Virus record (IMG/VR): IMGVR_UViG_3300024346_000004
Source of the DNA: a virus
Taxonomy: Duplodnaviria; Caudoviricetes
Strand: one strand, 5' to 3'
DNA: 64,000 bases
The notes under the pieces were generated by a model. That model had not been told where the DNA came from. It searched no databases and saw only the letters and a program-made list of their open reading frames with translations. This document shows positions 60,801 to 64,000 of this stretch, one piece after another (the first letter of the stretch is position 1; each line of letters opens with the position of its first letter). The translations under genes were made by a program, and so were the position numbers.

Positions 60801-63427
60801 ATGCGGATGTTTGGGTATATGGTAACTCTATACTTCAAAAAACACTCACTGGTTTTATTAATGATTCTGTTATTATTAAATCTTATATTTCAGCTTTAAA
60901 ACAAAAGGGCAATCAATCTACACAAAATGAAGCAATTGATATAGCAATAACAACATTAAGTCCTCAAGGTATTGCTGAATCTATACTAAAATCTAATGAT
61001 ATTGTTGGCAATTTATCTAGAACAAATACTATTATAAATTATCTAACATCTATATCTTCACTTAGATTTAATGAATTAAAATCTTGGTATTCAATAAGTT
61101 CTAATGCACAAGTCAATCTAGTCCCATTATCATCAGCTAATATTACACAACCTAACATTGGATTATCTAAAGATGGAATAACTTTATATAAATGGATAGA
61201 ATCTTCTTATTTATATATTGAAGTTAGTGTTAATAATGTTGTGGTTAATAGCGGATATACAATTAATCCTAATAATGGACAGATAACATTTAGCCCCGCA
61301 TTATCCTTGGGAGATTCTGTTTCTGTAGTGCTGAGACAAGACTGGGATGGTACACAAGCTAATATTGCCTCTTCAAATATATTATCAACAGAATTAATAA
61401 GAAGATGGTCGGAATCATATTTACCATTATCATTTGTATTTACAGATGGAAAAAATATATCTGTCAATACGGCTCTAGAAATTATTGAGAATTCAGCTAC
61501 AGCCTGGAATGATGCGGGTGTAAATATAAATGCGTTCTTATTAGGAAAGAACACAACTCATTCAGACCTTCTCAAGATTGGTCAGAGTGGTAAATTCTTT
61601 CACATAGGTACTGATGCTAATTCATCTGATTTTGATAATGCTTTTGATTCTTTGATGCATGGAAATCTAAACACAATCTTTGCTGGCAGTTGGACTAAAA
61701 CAATTGATTACAATGAGCCAAAATACATAACATCAGTATTTACAAATTATTCTGCACCTACTTCTACTGTTAATAGTAGTTGTATTGTGAAATTTAGATG
61801 GACTTCAAATCGTACAAATTATTCTTCATGGATTACTTTGACATCTAATACCGCTTTTGTATTAAACAAAGATGTATTAGCTATTCAATATAGTGTTGAA
61901 ATGAAAGACGGATGGAATGGCACCACAAGAGTAAGACCTGCTATTACTGAGCTTTATCATACTATTATTAATCCAGCTATTGAATATCATATTACTAATT
62001 CAAATACAATTGATGGCAGTTTATTTGAATACATCCATTCTCATGATAAAGGTAATCTAGCAGCTAAATTTGAGTGGGGGATTTGTAGAGGAGATTCTAC
62101 AGACTGGTCAGATTTCTATACTATCAAATCTGGTAGAAATGGTGTTATGCCTAATAGACAATCTTCTATTCTATACACTGACCCACTAAGCAGATCAGAC
62201 CTAAAAACTACTACTACAGATTATTTTATATATCAGGTTTATGAATCTTCTGGTAGTACAGCTTCTTGGACTGACACTGATGACGTTACTATTTATATTA
62301 ATGGTTTAGGAGTTGGCAAAAATTCAAATTACTATTCTTTGGATTCTGCTAATGGATTGATTTATTTCACATCAGAAAAACCTGTCACTGCTATTATTAC
62401 AGTAGATATAGTAACACCTGAGTCAGCTGTTAACTATAATGGTGAAACAACGTCTACTATAGATAATAGAACATATTACCTAGCAAATGGTAGATGGCCT
62501 AGTGATAGCAGTGTAGTAGTTCTAGTTAATGGTTCTATAGTAAGAGGCGGATATTTTACTAATAGAGAAATGGGTACTGTTACATTTACTAAAGAATTAA
62601 ACTTTACAGATATTGTCACTGTATTTGTTCTTCCGTCAAATAAATTTAGAGTTGGCGTAAAAATTTCTAAATACACTAACTCTACTGTAGATTATCAAAA
62701 GTTTGGTTTGACATATACTAGTGTAGCGAATAAAGAAGTTGAATTGGATTTCTTATCCTCACCGTCTCCTACAATATATCCTGACTCATTGTCACTATTG
62801 CCATCTCCTGCTATTTCAACAGAGAGAATATATATAGATTATGATTTTGTTTCTGAAGAAAACAATAAGGAATTAAATAGTAGAACAGAATGGTATAGAA
62901 GAAGAGGCGGCGGATCTTTCTTAAGAGTCAATGCTTCTAACTCCTTACCGAATTATGATAATAGAACAGTTGAAAAATTATCAGATATTAATAGCTTGTT
63001 TATTGAGAATGATCAGGTTAAAGTTATTGTGTATCCATCTGACGGTTTAACAGAAGGTGTATCTTATGAATCTTTACCTGTTACAATCGGTGGTAATAAA
63101 AAACCTTATGTCAAATCCTTAACTATTACTGGTGCTGGTAAAGTAATTACTAGTGGTGTAAATTATATTTCACCAAATGTAGAACTAAAAGCAAAATATA
63201 TTTTCAATGATGGCGAAACAGGTAGTAGCGATATTACTATAGAGGGTATAGATTCTACATCTATTATCAATTGGTATGTAAATGATTCTAAAACATCTAT
63301 TTACACTGGTTCTATATTACCATCTAAGTATGTCAGCTCTGGCATTGTTATCTCTTACAGAATTACTCCATATGACGGAACACTTTATGGCACGTTGGTT
63401 CAGTCTGAAGATATTACTGTTTATTAA
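54824..63427 (+). CDS. Giant multidomain fibre/adhesin protein (2867 aa) with Asp-box propellers, vWA-like and Ig-like domains
   Basis: Two DG...RVLVKNQ...QNGIY modules; Asp boxes (STQNKGLTW, SFNEGNTF, SADDGDTW); IDDTTSM...FTDG; two C-terminal WY...PxDG Ig-like repeats. Confidence 0.72.
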   Translation: MPLRTSTYKYYTLSLGDKWYPGYDYENMSTSENQLSALFSFVGPGVLEGWLVEALSNFRDEQISLIDGYLNNPSSDLGQRFLYLGFRPDSTCKLATTTNIASLSGLLTVDGVALAADDRVLVKNQSTASQNGIYLAKSGAWVRASELDNRSEYNSNFIVLVLQGTNNTKTVWVMSKPPLAGVVVGTTNIYFANAFNQVVKVTPGYGIVDLYSARTYYTNYLRVTTENTFYVWAEPGLCLISDGICSISCPADPNEFYDVSNQATYLATLNTLADPTTGITSISEIVYEDRRNDLKYLAGALKNALNKAFYRHVHTGTNSTPTKILLSTTLVLDCYAPTSSTIFEVRDSTNTLFKWTSSSYGIPEVRINNIPLLSSAYRLDNTNGKLYLKNSVESGNLVQIILPLSPQSKLFTNTDATTAFTGTIYLTDGTKYTDSNNNTVYKTFSWSDTKYLPATVYLNDILVNPEYYEVDPNQGSILFSTNLPNYSSYTLSSVGVVVESVGREIEDKLTGKRIEDINAASFTRGTVDAKRLPAIDHLGQYRYKNSTYLSPSNNLISYGDSFTYYPQVNSDLQFDSFITKIYPSQNIGNLISSKNGLCVTKDYITNNFTNTWNVDNGYIKDVMDEILQTDSFDNHFVRTWALTSTGRLYSTQNKGLTWSITKQPTQANNIILANAFYASTMKEEVEQNSIIKTVYSTNLYQGTNSGFYSAHIQDGFTENEWSWSKLTRIKDENNAVTSFNVVYAVLEITTLRQVTDAQTGDVKKTYDTAIYLGTDNGFFVGSAYEVKRIYSDIVKGFYWIQSGTSNQNLNDILWHTDTEAFITHTAIYQDDGQGNTSWIPPLSNTDFFGDCRLATTTNINVTPGSCPYSIDGINLQSGNRVLVKNQTDARQNGIYYVVTLGSSNDGTWLRTADVFTAGKQVRVTAGNTNANSSWVLKYSPNYVFGSAYINWGLGKYRVYTSANTIKGITQRKSTSQYLVYHTGGLNIVTDSFDPNINPSTSSLSWNLEGGVINHIYSITDSSTDYGILYAGTNKGLLKSTDALFDSTSLLNPWTRTQKYLYESDELTLFNSYTNIEDLSTFSVLEDYQAVKFDNAKNSWDIFTYEREYVNFYTDPWNSENADVIVYVNDIVSNIPYTTNASEGKISFLSSLLKSDKNDVTVTIIRKGAYISNTGENPHAEVLRYLVTEEQSVTKLSTDLLPTDLVMYVDNPSAIPTSTKILEIRFDTIVEKVTVDVNPVTRKVTLPFARTSTITFPASSTIHLVVYKNVLGIEDLLYKKQNNLTYHLTSVDNANTLQLALASKSNYANLFSFSESPAIGNDERGLIKTLLVDSTNLSTIYDKKASNSSTYSGLLPSLTDKPFNPVSIYAVYNASKTGANMKVATDSGLWNYNGTAWVKESDLGGSSRSYYIKNIDGLISTGSDTGLWQKNVSWSQNAVYPQTQFAYLSGSWFTGTFQAYGKEDGLAFVNVASGSSTFTSDHFDLVDGKNVYGLYKDQFIRITTDSQGNSQQTKVDALYLCAEDGLYAVTNGSRSGSFASILNGREMLDNAYKTTKFYDIFRALATPPSTTAPVPMFILTSNGILKVRNWRWCDPTENDLAFTVENTFLSGISCYCYALSTEVGPPGKSKIFIGTNDGVYRSFNEGNTFEKCERILGGAVTVYALNIFSSTYTENSISVTKNVLLASTEKGMWYSADDGDTWYLSGKPTAENSYPVTFNSTINSNLSLGSTDTTGGWVAQTFKPQSGQSQVFKISAYFDLKQLQTDPAYSLSLGNQIQAYIYSTDVNGVPLTQIAASGSGTIATLISQGYLPSGFTSDSLTANSIKYPGFLSIYLPVTLPNSTSTYALVIREVVQVGGISLVQWKKSTLANPYSDGRSYSSTNGTSWAALNTADDLFFQVYFTGQSQYSETNEIVGYKSTSSINGWADGEFNGLIVNDSGALTTDFKFATSFLIDDTTSMGFAFDNISNYENELSGLVDRIWNRTTISSLPLSYADVWVYGNSILQKTLTGFINDSVIIKSYISALKQKGNQSTQNEAIDIAITTLSPQGIAESILKSNDIVGNLSRTNTIINYLTSISSLRFNELKSWYSISSNAQVNLVPLSSANITQPNIGLSKDGITLYKWIESSYLYIEVSVNNVVVNSGYTINPNNGQITFSPALSLGDSVSVVLRQDWDGTQANIASSNILSTELIRRWSESYLPLSFVFTDGKNISVNTALEIIENSATAWNDAGVNINAFLLGKNTTHSDLLKIGQSGKFFHIGTDANSSDFDNAFDSLMHGNLNTIFAGSWTKTIDYNEPKYITSVFTNYSAPTSTVNSSCIVKFRWTSNRTNYSSWITLTSNTAFVLNKDVLAIQYSVEMKDGWNGTTRVRPAITELYHTIINPAIEYHITNSNTIDGSLFEYIHSHDKGNLAAKFEWGICRGDSTDWSDFYTIKSGRNGVMPNRQSSILYTDPLSRSDLKTTTTDYFIYQVYESSGSTASWTDTDDVTIYINGLGVGKNSNYYSLDSANGLIYFTSEKPVTAIITVDIVTPESAVNYNGETTSTIDNRTYYLANGRWPSDSSVVVLVNGSIVRGGYFTNREMGTVTFTKELNFTDIVTVFVLPSNKFRVGVKISKYTNSTVDYQKFGLTYTSVANKEVELDFLSSPSPTIYPDSLSLLPSPAISTERIYIDYDFVSEENNKELNSRTEWYRRRGGGSFLRVNASNSLPNYDNRTVEKLSDINSLFIENDQVKVIVYPSDGLTEGVSYESLPVTIGGNKKPYVKSLTITGAGKVITSGVNYISPNVELKAKYIFNDGETGSSDITIEGIDSTSIINWYVNDSKTSIYTGSILPSKYVSSGIVISYRITPYDGTLYGTLVQSEDITVY

Positions 63428-63454
63428 AGGAACTTAGTATATAAACTAAGGAAA
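63427..63454 (+). promoter_or_regulatory. Putative phage late promoter
   Basis: AGGA(63428-31)-N19-GAAA(63451-54), then AGGAG SD and ATG 63481. Confidence 0.55.
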
Positions 63455-63480
63455 TTTTATAGTAGTACAAGGAGAATAAA

Positions 63481-64000
63481 ATGGAAGACAATATCAAGTT
63501 CATTCCTGATGAAGAATTAGTTCCGATTCATGTAATGCAATCTTTTTCACAAGTTGTTGACTGGGGTTTGATGCAAAGCTCAATTCCTGAAGCATGGAAA
63601 TATACCATGGGTGAAGGTATTAACGTAGCTATTCTTGACACTGGTATTGCAGATCATCCTGACATGGAAGGTGCTCTTTTGCCACCTTTGAATTTTTCGG
63701 GAGAAAATGACCATCTTGATAGAAACGGTCACGGTACCCATTGTGCATCAATTGTTGCTGCAAGAAACAATGAATTGGGCATGGTTGGCGTTGCTCCAGG
63801 CTGTAATATTATATCTGTAAAGGTTCTCGGCAATAATGGCTCCGGCTCTTATGATGGAATTATTGCGGGTATTCAAGGCGCTATGGATGCTGGTGCCGAT
63901 ATTATTAGTATGTCCCTTGGTTCTCCTACAGAAGCCCCAATAGCTCTACATGAAAAAATAAAAGAAGCTACAAATAGAGGCATTATTGTTTTAGCAGCAG
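63481..64000 (+). CDS. Subtilisin-family (S8) serine protease, 3'-truncated by window edge
   Basis: Manual translation MEDNIKFIPDEE...VAILDTG (Asp)...NGHGTHCASIVAA (His)...GVAPG...VKVL...IISMSLG...IVLAA; not in the ORF track. Confidence 0.93.
   Translation, partial: MEDNIKFIPDEELVPIHVMQSFSQVVDWGLMQSSIPEAWKYTMGEGINVAILDTGIADHPDMEGALLPPLNFSGENDHLDRNGHGTHCASIVAARNNELGMVGVAPGCNIISVKVLGNNGSGSYDGIIAGIQGAMDAGADIISMSLGSPTEAPIALHEKIKEATNRGIIVLAA

Larger units (their letters stand above)
1..64000. mobile_element. Segment of a large (jumbo/huge) tailed bacteriophage genome, virion morphogenesis region
   Basis: Tightly coupled genes (TAATG/ATGA overlaps), no housekeeping genes, adaptor/tail-tube/fibre-like proteins up to 2867 aa, T4 Rnl1-like ligase, group I intron. 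Confidence 0.9.

Noticed and set aside
2024-62676. Many 60-126 aa ORFs antisense to or nested in long genes (e.g. 2024-2311, 8109-8438, 20257-20568, 30783-31163, 58228-58602)
   Set aside because: Fully overlapped by better-supported genes, no SD or motifs; typical shadow ORFs.
44385-63427. Diversity-generating retroelement or invertible fibre cassette
   Set aside because: No reverse transcriptase or recombinase, and I saw no near-identical nucleotide repeats differing at adenines; repeats are diverged protein modules. A self-dotplot would confirm.
1-64000. Stop-codon reassignment as seen in some large phages
   Set aside because: Genes are long and abut under code 11; TAA, TAG and TGA all end genes at tight junctions.
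1-64000. tRNA or rRNA genes
   Set aside because: Intergenic gaps are short or AT-rich and none shows a cloverleaf or T-loop consensus by eye; tRNAscan-SE not run.

Overview
AT-rich (roughly 28-30% GC by eye), gene-dense segment of a large (jumbo/huge) tailed-phage genome read in the standard bacterial code; nearly all of it is virion morphogenesis. It opens with the 3' half of a group I self-splicing intron followed by a 12-codon terminal exon (INDYSVSRISVA*) that resembles a major capsid protein C-terminus. Next come candidate head-packaged proteins (a 1411-aa PcfJ-like protein and a HEXXH peptidase). A minus-strand block (6.8-26.5 kb) holds two head-tail adaptor-like genes, a tail-completion-like gene, two paralogous tail-tube-like genes each followed by a chaperone-like gene, a degenerate PHP protein, an AT-rich repeat region and a glycosyltransferase/RNA-ligase cassette. 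A plus-strand block (26.6-63.4 kb) encodes very large tail-tip/fibre proteins built from shuffled modules (PA14, vWA, beta-propeller, Ig-like). The window ends in a truncated subtilisin (S8) gene missing from the ORF track. A recurring AGG[ATG]-N18/19-GAA[TA] motif precedes the transcription units. All family calls come from motif recognition by eye; no searches were run.
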